From: Amphiscolops sp. MND2022
Lineage: Eukaryota
NCBI GenBank assembly: GCA_964187785.1
Contig: OZ076409.1
Span: forward strand, 72,108,001-72,172,000
Direction: 5' to 3'
Length of the DNA stretch: 64,000 bases
A program made the position numbers and the translations under genes. A model generated the notes under the pieces. That model was not told the origin of the DNA. It saw nothing but the letters and a program-made list of their open reading frames with translations, and searched no databases. Shown here piece after piece: positions 40,049-52,882 of this stretch. Within the stretch, counting starts at the first letter, position 1; the number at the start of each line of letters is the position of its first letter.

Positions 40049-43000
40049 GTGGGCGGGGGTAATTCCCCAACTAAAAAATCGGCCGGCGGGTAGGGTCCTG
40101 CCGGCCGTCCAAAATCAAAAATATACTAGTAGAAAACGGCCGGTCAAACGAGCTATTTTTTTATTTAACCGTTAGAATTTGGGTTTAGATTGCATGCGGC
40201 CATGAAATGGCCATACGAATCGAAGTTCCTGCTGACGTTTTGCGATTGAAACACTTTATAAAAAGTTATGGCCAATTTGTCAGTCACCTAGAAGGGCAAA
40301 ATGAGGAAAATTTTAACAAAGTCGCTGATAACTCAAAATGTGTTATTTTTTGGACTTTGACTGTGAAACAAGCTTGGAACCTTCATTTCGTGGCTGTGGC
40401 ATTGCACTGAACGCAAAAGATGTAAAGTTTTTACATTTTTTGAAAATTTGACATTTTTGAAATTTTTTTCACTACTATCAGTACCATATATGTCAAAAAC
40501 ACCTCAGAAAAAAAATTTTATTTGCTTTAACTTGGAAACCTTGGTATCCATGGTTTCTGTCGGAACCTACTCGCAACCAAACAACCAACAGTTTGCATCC
40601 AATGTGAAAATAAAAAATTTTTCTGGGTCATAAGCGTTTCACAAGGATTTCTCAACTTAGTATTACTTTACAAAATGGTCATTTTGAACACAATATTTTC
40701 ATCGAGGCTTGTCGGCTATAGCCTTAATGTTCTAGAACGGTCCCACTGGCAACGTAGGAACCATTTATAGTAATAGAAAGTTTTTAAAAAATATTTTCAC
40801 CCTGTTTTCAGTCATTTTTCAGTCATTCGGAACTTAACTTAGAAAAATTTCGACCAAAATACCCATTTTTTGACAGATCGAAAATTCAAATTCAACTTTT
40901 TAAGCAAAATTATTAACTCTGACGTAACCAGTGGGGCTCATGATACTCAAAAACACGATTGGGACTGGTACCAATGGCTCCAATATCATATGAGCCGCGA
41001 TAAGACGTTATTTTGAGCAATACGTCTCAATTGAGGGAAACATCTCGCAAGCCTGGGATCACAGTTAAAAGTGATTTCGTCAAAAATTTACTCTTTTTCG
41101 TCAATCACTATGTACACAGAGTGCGTAGGGTGAGTTTCAGCACTATAATGCGGTTTTTGAAGGAATCGGTCTGCTCAAGGGGTGGTATGAGACATTTTTT
41201 TGCATGTAGTACTATATTTCTCAAAACTTTTAGCCCATTATCTCGAAAAGCTCACTTCGCAAATTACTTTCAGTTACTCTATTCGAAGCTTAGAATATAT
41301 ATGAACACTGTGGTTGATCAGAAACTCTTGACTATTTTGTTTTTGGAAAAAAACTGCCTTGCATGTGTTACATTAGTGGCAGGAAAAATACCAGTAGTTC
41401 CAAAAATCACAATTTTGGACGGACAGACCTGCAATGATGCAAAGCAAAAACGTTTCAACAACTTCTGGCGCCACTTTTTTTACCCAAGAGGTTCGAAAAC
41501 ACCATTAACAATGCTGACATTCGCAATAAATAAGATCGAGGTCTATTTACTAACACTTAGAATTTAAATTTTTTTCTCGGAAACCCATTATTGTCAGGTC
41601 GCAAATTCAAATTTGGTTTTGGAAGCAATACTTTTCACTCTGAAGCAAACCGTTGGGCCCAAAATACTCAACAACAACAAAAAGACTATCACCATATGCT
41701 CTAATAACATATGAGATGCGACTGTATGTTTTTAACACAATAACTCTCATTCTGAAGTAAACATGTTGAAAGCCTTGAATCACCGTGAGACGTGATTTCA
41801 TCAAAAAACATTTCTTTTTCGTCAATCTTTATCTACACAGAACACGTTGTGTCATTTTCAGCCGTGAAATGAGCTTCTACCGTAATATGGGTTGCTCAAG
41901 GTGTTGTATAAGACAAAAACTTCCTCTTTTCTACTATCTTCTTCAAATATTTCAACCCTTTGTCACAAGAAGTTAATATTCAAAATCTCTTTGAAATGTT
42001 TCTTTAGGTTGGGGTGAAGTGTTAGAACAATAATTATGATCGAAGAATGATAGTATTGGTGTTTGGACCATGTCCGGATGAACAAATTGCAAAATCATGA
42101 AAAATTTCTTACCATTTTTGGTCATTTTGTCAGTACTAAAAATGTTAGCTGAAAAAGAATTTTTTGATGGCACCATTCGATTCCTCTCAAAAAGTTAGCT
42201 ATATGAACTGTGTAATAACCCCGTATCTTTTCAATTTAAATAATTTTAAAAAGCAAACTTTTTTGACTAAAATCCTAAAAATCATACCATTTCCTAAAAA
42301 ATTTCAAATGCCCCCCATTTGACGTATAAGAATAGCACAGAAAACTATCACATACCGATCGACTCTACTTCCATTGTAGATTACCAGAATTTTGTTTAGA
42401 ACAATTTTTGACGGATGCAAAAAAAAATTAAACCCTCCAAAAAAGGGCCAAAATTACACGAAAAAATTGACCTTAAAATTTTAAAATGTCGAAAAATCAT
42501 CAAAACCACAGCTTCTTGGGGTTCTATCAACTCCACGTGGTCCACAGAGTATGTTAAAACAAGTTTTACCCGTATTTGAGCAATATGTGAAAAAGCCGAC
42601 TTTTTTGGGAATGAAAAACATACCATTTCCTAAAAAATTTCAAACGCACCCCATTTGACGTATAAGAATAGCACAGAAAACTATCACATACCGATCGACT
42701 CTACTTCCATTGTAGGTTACCAGAATCTTGTTTAGAACAATTGTTGACGGATGCAAAAAAAATTAAACCCTCCAAAAATGGGCCAAAATTACACGAAAAA
42801 ATTGACCTTAAATTTTTAAAATGTCAAAAAATCATCAAAACCACAGCTTCTTGGGGTTCTATCAATTCCACGTGGTCCACAGAGTATGCTAAAACAGGTT
42901 TTACCTGTTTCTGAGCTATATGTGAAAAAACCGACATTTTGGGGAAGAAAAACATACCATTTCCTAAAAAACTTCAAATGCACGCCATTTGCCGTATGAG

Positions 43001-44810
43001 AATAGCACAGAAAACTATCACATACCGATCAACTCTACTTCTATTGTAGATTATCAGATTTTTGTTTAGAACAAATTTTTATGGATATAAAAAATTTTTA
43101 AACCCTCCAAAAATGAGCCAAAATAACACCAAAAAATGGACCCTAAATTTTTAAAATGTCAAAAAATTATCCAAACCACAGCTTCTTGGGGTTCTATCAG
43201 CTCCACGTGGTCCACAGAGTATGCTAAAACAGGTTTTGCCCGTTTTTGAGCAGTATATGAAAAAGCCGACATTTTTGGGGAAGAAAAACATACCATTTCC
43301 TAAATAATTTCAAATGCAGGCAATTTGCCGTATGAGAGTAGCACAGAAAACTATCACACACCGATCAACTCTACTTCTTTTGTAGATTATCAGAATTATG
43401 TTTAGAGTAAAGTTTTATGGATATGAAAAATTTTTATACCCTCCAAAAATGGGCCAAAATGACACGAAAAAATTGACCTCAAACTTTTAAAATGTCAAAA
43501 AATTATCCAAACCACAGCGTCTTGGCGTTCTATCAACTCCAAATGACCTTCAGAGTATACCAAACCAGGTATTGCCAATCTTTTGAGCAATATTTAAAAA
43601 CACCGACTATTTGGCAAGAACACCATAATATGTTCCATATAAGAAGTGAATCATTCCACATATATACCCGGTCTAATATTTCCAAATTAGCGATAACATT
43701 TATACATGATGGTTTTTGAAAGTGAGCTTCATAAGAGGTTGAGATGTAATAATACGTAAATGGACCCTAAGTTTCATTGAAATCTCAATGGAATACGTCC
43801 AATCAACTTCAATCCTAACTATTATATAACAAAAAACACTTGAGTACATTCCATCTCCCCATCGGGGGAGATGAGAATGTACTTTTCAAAAGCCAAAAAC
43901 TTCGAATTTTAAATCTTTTGTAACATTGTATGTAACTGTTGAAACGATGAACGAATAAAAATGCTTCTAGTACCTTCATCAATTTTTGCTTCAGCTCCTA
44001 TTTCTGCAGAACAAAACCAAAAGACACACTTACAGCAGTTAAATTCGATTGTATAACTCAGTGAATAAAGGTATGACTGAGGAAGTTCACAAGTTGTTTC
44101 AAAAGTTTCCGGCCTTCCAAAATCATGAAACGTCCACACAACCAAGATAGCAAGTGAAAGAATGCTGAATGCACCTTATTAGATGAGATAAATAATGTGT
44201 GGAACTTGCCATTATCTCAAGATGACGTTGATTTATGATCTTTTAAGGATAGTTCGATATGTGACCACAATAGTGGAAAACTTATTACTATTTGAAGAAC
44301 ACCGTGGAAAGCGTTCAGAAAGGACAGTATATTTGTTTCGAGCATGCATGCGTGTGTTCCTTTGGTGACGTTAGCTTAGTGTACATGACGGAGGTATTCG
44401 AGAGATTATGATAGAGTTTACTCACAAGTCTTTGTTTTTTTAAACTTTCTATGCCGTTGAGTACATTCGTAAGGTACATCCATCCCCTTCTCTGGGAATG
44501 TACGTTTGCCAAATGACTGTCATCCAAAATTCGTAATCCGGACGAGTTTAACTACATAAACATGTGATGAGCGTTTTCAATTCACAACCGAATAACATTT
44601 TTTTTTCTCGAAAATGATGATGGTTTTGATTTTGATGTCTTCTACTTTTATCATCATGCAAACGACCTTACCATGTCTCTCTTCTGTCGTCATTTGTACA
44701 ACGCCACATAGCGTTCCGACGCCCACCGTCTGTGGGCATGCCGAGGCATGCCCTTCGACGACGTATGCCAAATGAGCCATACCCGCACTCTGGAGTGCGG
44801 TAGCGGCTAG
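40049..44810 (+). mobile_element. L-class module (4762 bp)
   Basis: Near-identical to 4031-8791, with the same ORF set at offset 36018. Confidence 0.65.
42283..43627 (+). repeat. ~335-bp tandem repeat, ~4 copies
   Basis: Same block as 6265-7608. Confidence 0.9.
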
Positions 44811-46799
44811 GTGGGCGGGGGTAATTCCCCAACAAAAATTACGGCCGGCGGGTTGGGTCCTGCCGGACGTTCAAATAGCGCGAAGCATCTAGTAGAAAAC
44901 AAGGAGTCCTGAAACAGCGATTTTAAAATTGAACCGTTAGAATTTGGTTTTAGATTGCATGCGGCCCTAAAATCCCCATACGAATGGAAGTTCCTGCTGG
45001 CGTTAAGCGATTGAAATAATATATAAAAAGTTATGGCCCATTTTTGGGTCACCGAGAAGGTCAAAATGAAGAAAATTTTAACTAAGTTGCTGATAACTCA
45101 AAATGTGTTAATTTTTGGACTTTGACTGTGAAACAAGCTTGGAACCTTCATTTCGTGGCTGTGGCATTGCACTGAACACAAAAGATGTAAAGTTTTCACA
45201 TTTTTTGAAAATTCGACATTTTTGAATTTTTTTTCACTACTATCAGTACACTATATGTCAAAAACACCTCTGAAAAATTTTTTTATTTGCTTAAATTTAG
45301 AAACCTCGGTATCCATGGTTTCCGTCAGTACCTACTTGCTGCCAAACACTCAACAGTTTGCATCCAATGTGAAAATAAAATTTTTTTCGAGGTCTTAGGT
45401 GTTTCACAAGGATTTCTCAACTTAGTACCAATTTACAAATTGGTCATTTTGAACACATTATTTTCATCGAAGCGTGTCATATACCGCCCTAATGCTCACG
45501 AACGGGCCTACTGGCAACGTTGGAACCATTTATAGTAATAAAAAGTTTTAAAAAAATTTTTTCACCCCGTCTTCAGTCATTTTACACACTTTCGGAACTT
45601 AACTTAGAAAAATTTCAACCAAAAACCCATTTTTTGTCAAGTCGAAAATTCAAATTCAGCTTTTTAAGCAAAATAAATAAATCTGACATAACCAGTGGGG
45701 CCCATGAAACTCAAAACCACGATTGAGACTGGTATCAATGGCTCCAATAACATATGAGTCGCGATAAGACGCTATTTTGAGCAAAACATCTCAATTGAGG
45801 TAAAGATCTCGTAAGCCAGCGATCACTGTGAAATGTGATTTCATCAAAAATTTACTCTTTTTTGTCAATCACTATGTGCACAGAATGCGTAGGGTGCGTT
45901 TCAGCACTATAATGAGGTTTTTGAAGGCATCGAGTTGCTCAAGGGGTGGTATGAGACATTTTTGTCCCATATACTACTGTAGTTTCCAAAATTTTTACCC
46001 CAATTTCTGGAAATACAAACTTGACAAAATACTTTCAACTACTTTATTCAAAGGTTACAATATAGATGAACACTGTGGTTGATAAGAAAATTTCATCTCT
46101 TTCGTTTTCGGAAATATTTCCGTTCGCATGTGTTACATTCATAGCAGAAAAAAAAATCGAAACTGAATAATACGCTATTTTGCTGATATAGAATCGCAAT
46201 GATTGTGCCTAAAAACTCTTTAAACACTTCTAACGCAACCTTACGCACCCAAAATGATCGAAAATGCTATTCACAATGGTGACATGTGCTCTTTCTACGA
46301 TCCTGGCTGGACAAGGTTTGCATATTTTCCAAGTACCTGTCAGCTAAATCTTGTGATAGCCTTTTCAGTTGGCCTTGTGTCAACTTGGGAAGGCTATCAC
46401 ATCAAAAAACCATCAACAAAAATAATTTTTGTTTATTGGATCTTACAGTCGATACTTTTTTTCGTGATTCTATACTACCGTTAGTATATTTCATCAGGTC
46501 ACCTTACGATTGCATTCAGTCTTTGATAAAAACCTATGAACTCAAAGTCACATTTATATATTTTTTTGCCAGAAAATAACATCAAAAATATCTAAAATAT
46601 ATAAAATAGAGTCTTTAACATTTTTACGTTTCAAGTTTTTGCCGTTATTAGGCCAATCAACGTCCTAGAGCCACATCCTGCCACATACTGTACAACGCCA
46701 CATAGTGTTGCGACGTGCACAGTCTGTGGGCATGCCGAGGCATGCCCTTCGACGACGTATGCCGAATACCGCGGGCCTACGCCCGCGCTCCCCGGCTAG
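44811..46799 (+). mobile_element. S-class module (1989 bp)
   Basis: Near-identical to 18313-20304. Confidence 0.65.
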
Positions 46800-49590
46800 G
46801 TGGCGGGGGGCTGTCCCCAATAGAATATAGTGAGGTAGGGTAGGGTTCCCTACCGAACATTCAGTACTGAAAGACTCTTGTAGTATGAAAATTTTTCGAT
46901 GTTTTGAGACCGATTTCGGATTCCACCCGTCAGAAGTTTATGATTTTTTGGCCCCCACCCAGATTTTGGGCACTGATCGCCCCCCACCAGGTTCCATACC
47001 CGTGGTTTCGTTGTGACGGGTACACGAGCGACCGTTAGGGGTCAATCAGGGGGTAAAATTTATAAAAGTGTGAATAACTTTTCCCCCCGTCGTTTTAGCA
47101 GGTCCGGTCACTAGTAAAGGTTTGTTGGGCATCATGCAGTGGGTACGGGGGGCCAAACAAAAATTTTCTATCTTGCACCGTTACGGACTTGGCCCCCCGC
47201 CCAAACCGCTATTTTACCGGAAATTGCACTTTTTGACCGGGAAGGAGTCGTCTGAGCGCGGAGTCATTTGGTAATGTTTTGTAGAGCATCTGGAGACGTG
47301 GTGGGGGACATGTAGTTTGCCGACCCCAGTTTACCCCTCGGACGGGAAATGACCGTTATGTGAGTTTCAAAAATGCCCCCCTCCAATTTTCCCCGCAATT
47401 TCCGGTGTGAAGGAGTCGGAATAGCGTGTCGAGTGCTATATATCAAAAGTAGCTTTAAACAAGGACCTATCAGAAACATGTGGTTTGGGACCCTTTGAAC
47501 GGACCCGTTAGCCGGAAATAGGGTGACCGCCTCCTTTTTTTGGTGGTAAAACCGTAAAACGGGCATTAAAGTGTAATTATCTCGTGAACGCGTGGAGCAA
47601 TCGTGTCCATCACTCCTACAAGGTTTCATACCCATGACATGGTGCCTTCAGGGGGGCAAACAGATCAGCGCTATCTATCACCGTTACGGACTTTGCCCCC
47701 CAGCCTAACCGCTATATTACCGGAAATTGCCCTTTTTGACCGGGAAGGAGTCGTCTGAGAGTGGAGTCGTTAAGTAATGTTTTGTAGAGCATCTAGAGAC
47801 GTGTTGGGGGACATGTAGTTTGCCGACCCCGGTTTACCCCTCGGACGGGAAATTACCGTTATGTGAGTTTTAAAATTGACCCCCTTCAACTTTCCCCGTT
47901 ATTTCCGATGTGAAGGAGTGAGGGTAGCGCGTCGGGTGTCATATATCAAAAGTAGGTTAAGACAAGGACCAACCGGGAACATGTTGTTTGGGACCCTCTG
48001 GCCCAACCCGTTAGCCGTTATAAGGGTGATCGCCTCCTTTTTTTACTGCTAAAACCGGAAAACGGGCATTGAGGGGTAAATATCTCGTGAACGCGTGGAG
48101 CAATCGTGTCCATCACTACTACAAGGTTTCATACCCATGATACGGTGCCTTCAGGGGGGAAAACAGATTACCGCTATATATCACCGTTACGGACTTGGCC
48201 CCCCAGCCTAACCGCTATGTGACCGGAAATGTCATTTTTTGAGCCAAAAGGGTTGGTCCCAGCGTAGGAACGTCAGGTAACTTTATGTAGAACTCAATGA
48301 GACGAGTTGGGGGATATAGTTTTAGTCACCCCCCGTTGACCCGTTGGACCGGAAACGACCGTTATGTAGTGAAAAATGTTATTTTTATACTTTTTGAAGG
48401 CCATTTAGGGCAGGAAGTATCGGTAATATGTCTTTGGACAGTATACAATGAAAGTTTTGGTGTGAAACGAGCAATCTGAAATAACCGTTATTATGATTCG
48501 GAAGACACACTAACAGCGAAAATGACCGTTATGTAGTGAAAATTTTTTTCACAATTTTTTTTATTTTCGATAGGTCCTTCAAGCCAGGAAGTAGCTGTAT
48601 TAGGTCTTTGGTCACTTTATGATGATTGTGGTGTTGTGAGATGACCGTACGAACTTGACCGTTATAATGCCCCTGAAGTTGCGGCGGCACGAGAAATTTC
48701 AGAAAGTTTGTCTTTTCTGTGTTTTGTTGTAATAAACATGTAATTTCATCAAACCAAAGTGCATTCAGGGTGTCAGAAAGCTTCAAGAAAAGAATTTGAC
48801 AGGAAACATGAGGTGAGAAATAGGAAAATGCCACGGAAATCCAACCCGTTGGGAAGTAAAGATAATAAATTGGTTTGGAAGTGCCAATCGACGTGTAATT
48901 GCGGATCATAGCTACGATATTGTCTCTTTTGTTTCTTTTTGAAGACTTTGAACATTTTCACTTTATCAGCTTGAAGTTTCGACTCCATTAACTCAATAAC
49001 CGTTACAATATGATAGCCCTCAAGTTGACCTTGAGTCAACTTGAAAGGGCTATCCTTTCACAACTGCGCAGCGACAGTGTGATTGAGTGTTTTTGTTATT
49101 ATCCATAGCCAATTTGAACTTCAACAAAAGTTTAACCATAGTTAAAAAATTTCATATGATTCTTTTAAAAGGATAAGTAAGAAACAAATGTTTGACAAAA
49201 AACTTTCAACCTTTAATTTGTGGACTGAATATCAGGAAAACCATGTCTCCTAACGTTGTTGGATGAAATTCAACATGATTCTTTTAATAGGATAACAAAG
49301 TTTGACAACATATTTTTTTATATTCTTTCGTTGGTGCTCTACATTTTAGGAAAACGAATTTTCCAACAAATATTGTTGGCTGATGCCTGTTCATAGTGGC
49401 TTGAAAATTTCACCAACTGTAATGCTTTTTATCAAAGGTGAAACCGCTCCTTACCGTCGCATAATGTAATTCAAGCCGACGCCCACATGCCAACATCAAC
49501 GCCCACCGTCCGTAGGCATGCCGAGGCATGCCTTTCGACGACGTATGCCAAATCACGCCCCTGCGAGGTCACTAAAGCGGTAGCGGCTAG
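46800..49590 (+). mobile_element. Singleton module Y (2791 bp)
   Basis: Starts GTGGCGGGGGG after CTAG and has a ~503-bp internal tandem repeat. Ends with the variant box (49514-49533) and GCGGTAGCGGCTAG. Confidence 0.65.
47176..48370 (+). repeat. ~503-bp tandem repeat, ~2.4 copies, inside module Y
   Basis: CACCGTTACGGACTT at 47176, 47679 and 48182, with collinear sequence following each. Confidence 0.9.
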
Positions 49591-51578
49591 GTGGGCGGGG
49601 GTAATTCCCCAACAAAAATTACGGCCGGCGGGTTGGGTCCTGCCGGACGTTCAAATAGCGCGAAGCATCTAGTAGAAAACAAGGAGTCCTGAAACAGCGA
49701 TTTTAAAATTGAACCGTTAGAATTTGGTTTTAGATTGCATGCGGCCCTAAAATCCCCATACGAATGGAAGTTCCTGCTGGCGTTAAGCGATTGAAATAGT
49801 ATATAAAAAGTTATGGCCCATTTTTGGGTCACCGAGAAGGTCAAAATGAGGAAATTTTTAACAAAGTCGCTGATAACTCAAAATGTGTTAATTTTTGGAC
49901 ATTGACTGTGAAACAAGCTTGGAACCTTCATTTCGTGGCTGTGGCATTGCACTAAACACAAAAGATGTAAAGTTTTTACATTTTTTAAAAATTCGACATT
50001 TTTGAAATTTTTTTCACTACTATCAGTACCCCATATGTCAAAAACGCCTCAGAAAAAAATTTTTATTTTCTTCAAATTGGAAACCTTGGTATCCATGGTT
50101 TCTGTCGGAACCAACTCGCAGCCAAACACCCAACAGTTTGCATCCAATGTGGAAATAAAAAATTTTTCGGGGTCATAAGCGTTTCACAAGGATTTCTCAA
50201 CTTAGTATTAATTTACAAAATGGTCATTTTGAACACAATATTTTCATCGAGGCTTGTCGGCTATAGCCCTAATGTTCTAGAACGGTCCCACTGGCAACGT
50301 AGGAACCATTTATAGTAATAGAAAGTTTTAAAAAAATTTTTTTCACCCGGTCTTCAGTCATTTTTCAGTCATTCGGAACTTAACTTAGAAAAATTTCGAC
50401 CAAAATAACCATTTTTTGTCAAGTCGAAATTTCAAATTCAGATTTTTAAACAAAATTATTAACTCTGACGTAACCCATGGGGCCTATGATACTCAAAACA
50501 ACAATTGACACTGGTATCAATGGCTCCAATAACATATGAGTCGCGATAGGACGTTTTTTTGAGCAATACGTCTCAATTGAGGTAAAGATCTCGCAAGCCA
50601 GCGATCACTGTGAAATGCGATTTCATCAAAAATTTACTCATTTTTGTCAATCACGATGTGCACAGAATGCGTAGGGTGCGTTTCAGCACTATAATGAGGT
50701 TTTTGAAGGCATCGAGTTGCTCAAGGGGTGGTATGAGACATTTTTGTCCCATATACTAATGTATTTTCCAAAAATTTTAGCCCAATATCTGGAAATACAA
50801 ACTTGACAAAATACTTTCAACTACTTTATTCAAAGTTTACAATATAGATGAACACTGTGGTTGATCAGAAACTTTCATCTCTTTCGTTTTCCGAAATATT
50901 TTCCTTCGCATGTGTTACATTCGTAGCAGAAAAAAAAATCGAAACTGAAAAATACGCTATTTTGCTAATATAGAATCGCAATGATTGTGCCTAAAAACTC
51001 TTTAAACACTTCTAACGCAACCTTACGCACCCAAAATGATCGAAAATGCTATTCACAATGGTGACATGTGCTCTTTCTACGATCCTGGCTGGACAAGGTT
51101 TGCATATTTTTCAAGTACCTGTCAGCTAAATCTTGTGATAGCCTTTTCAGTTGGCCTTGTGTCAACTTGGGAAGGCTATCACATCAAAAAACCATCAACA
51201 AAAATAATTTTTAATTATTGGATCTTACAGTCGATACTTTTTTTCGTGATTCTATACTACCGTTAGTATATTTCATCAGGTCACCTTACGATTGCATTCA
51301 GTCTTTGATAAAAACCTATGAACTCAAAGTCACATTTATATATTTTTTGCCAGAAAAAAACCACAAAAATATCTAAAATATATAAAATAGAGTCTTTAAC
51401 ATTTTTACGTTTCAAGTTTCTGCCGTTATTAGGCCAATCAACGTCCTAGAGCCACATCCTGTCATACTGTACAACGCCACATAGTGTTGCGACGTGCACA
51501 GTCTGTGGGCATGCCGAGGCATGCCCTTCGACGACGTATGCCGAATACCGCGGGCCTACGCCCGCGCTCCCCGGCTAG
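49591..51578 (+). mobile_element. S-class module (1988 bp), mosaic
   Basis: The 5' end is like 18313, switching near 49850 to the 34096-like variant. S-type tail + CTAG. Confidence 0.65.
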
Positions 51579-52882
51579 GTGGCCACGACCATGGTTTCTT
51601 GCGTATCTTGTCGAATCCTTTGTCGTTGCCGGCCGGGGAGGGACCCGTTTGCCGGCGTGTGTAGTGTGGGGCCCCCATACCCAAAAAGTGGTATTTTTTT
51701 CAGAGATCTCAAAATCGGCCCATCAGAATTGCCTGAAATTTGGCATGAGGCTCCCAATTGGGGAAAAAATAAGAAGTGTAGGAGGCGACTTGTTCGGGTA
51801 AATATTGTATGTTGACTTTTGGCCAAAATAGTGTTCCCCCCCAACATGGGCAAAATCACATGAGGTGTAAAAATATGATCACAACTTTTGAACCTTTGGA
51901 TTTAGGGGTACGGTCGTGGACCACATTAAGCAAGAGCTTTGGTGAGCGGGTAGGATAGATGGGTTTTGATCCCAGTACCTTCAACCACTTTTGAGAAATT
52001 AACGTTTCAAACAAACATCCGGGAGGTATCTGTTGCCCCTGAAGGCAGGTTTTTCGCCATTTTCAATGTGAAGGAGTGGGTTTAGCGCAACGTGTGTGGG
52101 GTGCTTTTTTGTTGCCCGTGTGCGGAGCGTTGTATAGAGGTGCTGGTTGTTGAAATTGGAAAAGTTGGTAAAAAGTTATACCTATACCCCCCCTACTGTC
52201 TCTGCCATTCAATTTTTTTTTCAACTTCAGGCCTCCCAAAGGTGAGAAACTTCCACACAACTAGTATTGCAAGTGAATGCATGTGGAAAGTACTCGGATA
52301 GACGAGAAAAATGAGCTATAGAACGACTCTGTAGCTTAACTTGACGTTGACTTATGACATTTTGAGTGTGAGCTTGCTATGTGAGAGAAAAATTCAAAAT
52401 TGAAAATCGAAGCTAAGTCTCATCCAAAACTCATCGAAATACGTTCAATCCATCCCAAAGCGGATTAATTCCAGATATATAGTGCAGCAACACTATTCAA
52501 GACCATTTGACACAATTTTACTAGTTTTGACATTGTATTATTCATCCGAGAGCACAAAACAGTTGGGTACATTCCATCTCCCTTTCGGGGGAGATGAGAA
52601 TGTACCCGCTAAATGACACGCACCATGGCCTAATTTTTACCTTTATGCGACGTTTTCTAGGCCTTCGCGCAAGCCCACTAATATTTAGACTGGTTTCTTT
52701 CTCTTTCACTCCAAACATTCCGTCCGTACTAACCACCTTACACACCACCAGCAGCTCAACGACACATCTGTAACGTCAACGCCACATACTCGCATCAACG
52801 GCCACCGTCCGTGGGCATGCCGAGGCATGCCCTTCGACGACGTATGCCCGTTGTCACAACAGGGCGCCCCCATTCCCGCTAG
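51579..52882 (+). mobile_element. Singleton module Z (1304 bp)
   Basis: Starts GTGGCCACG after CTAG. Ends with the box (52813-52832), its own tail hairpin and CTAG. Confidence 0.65.
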
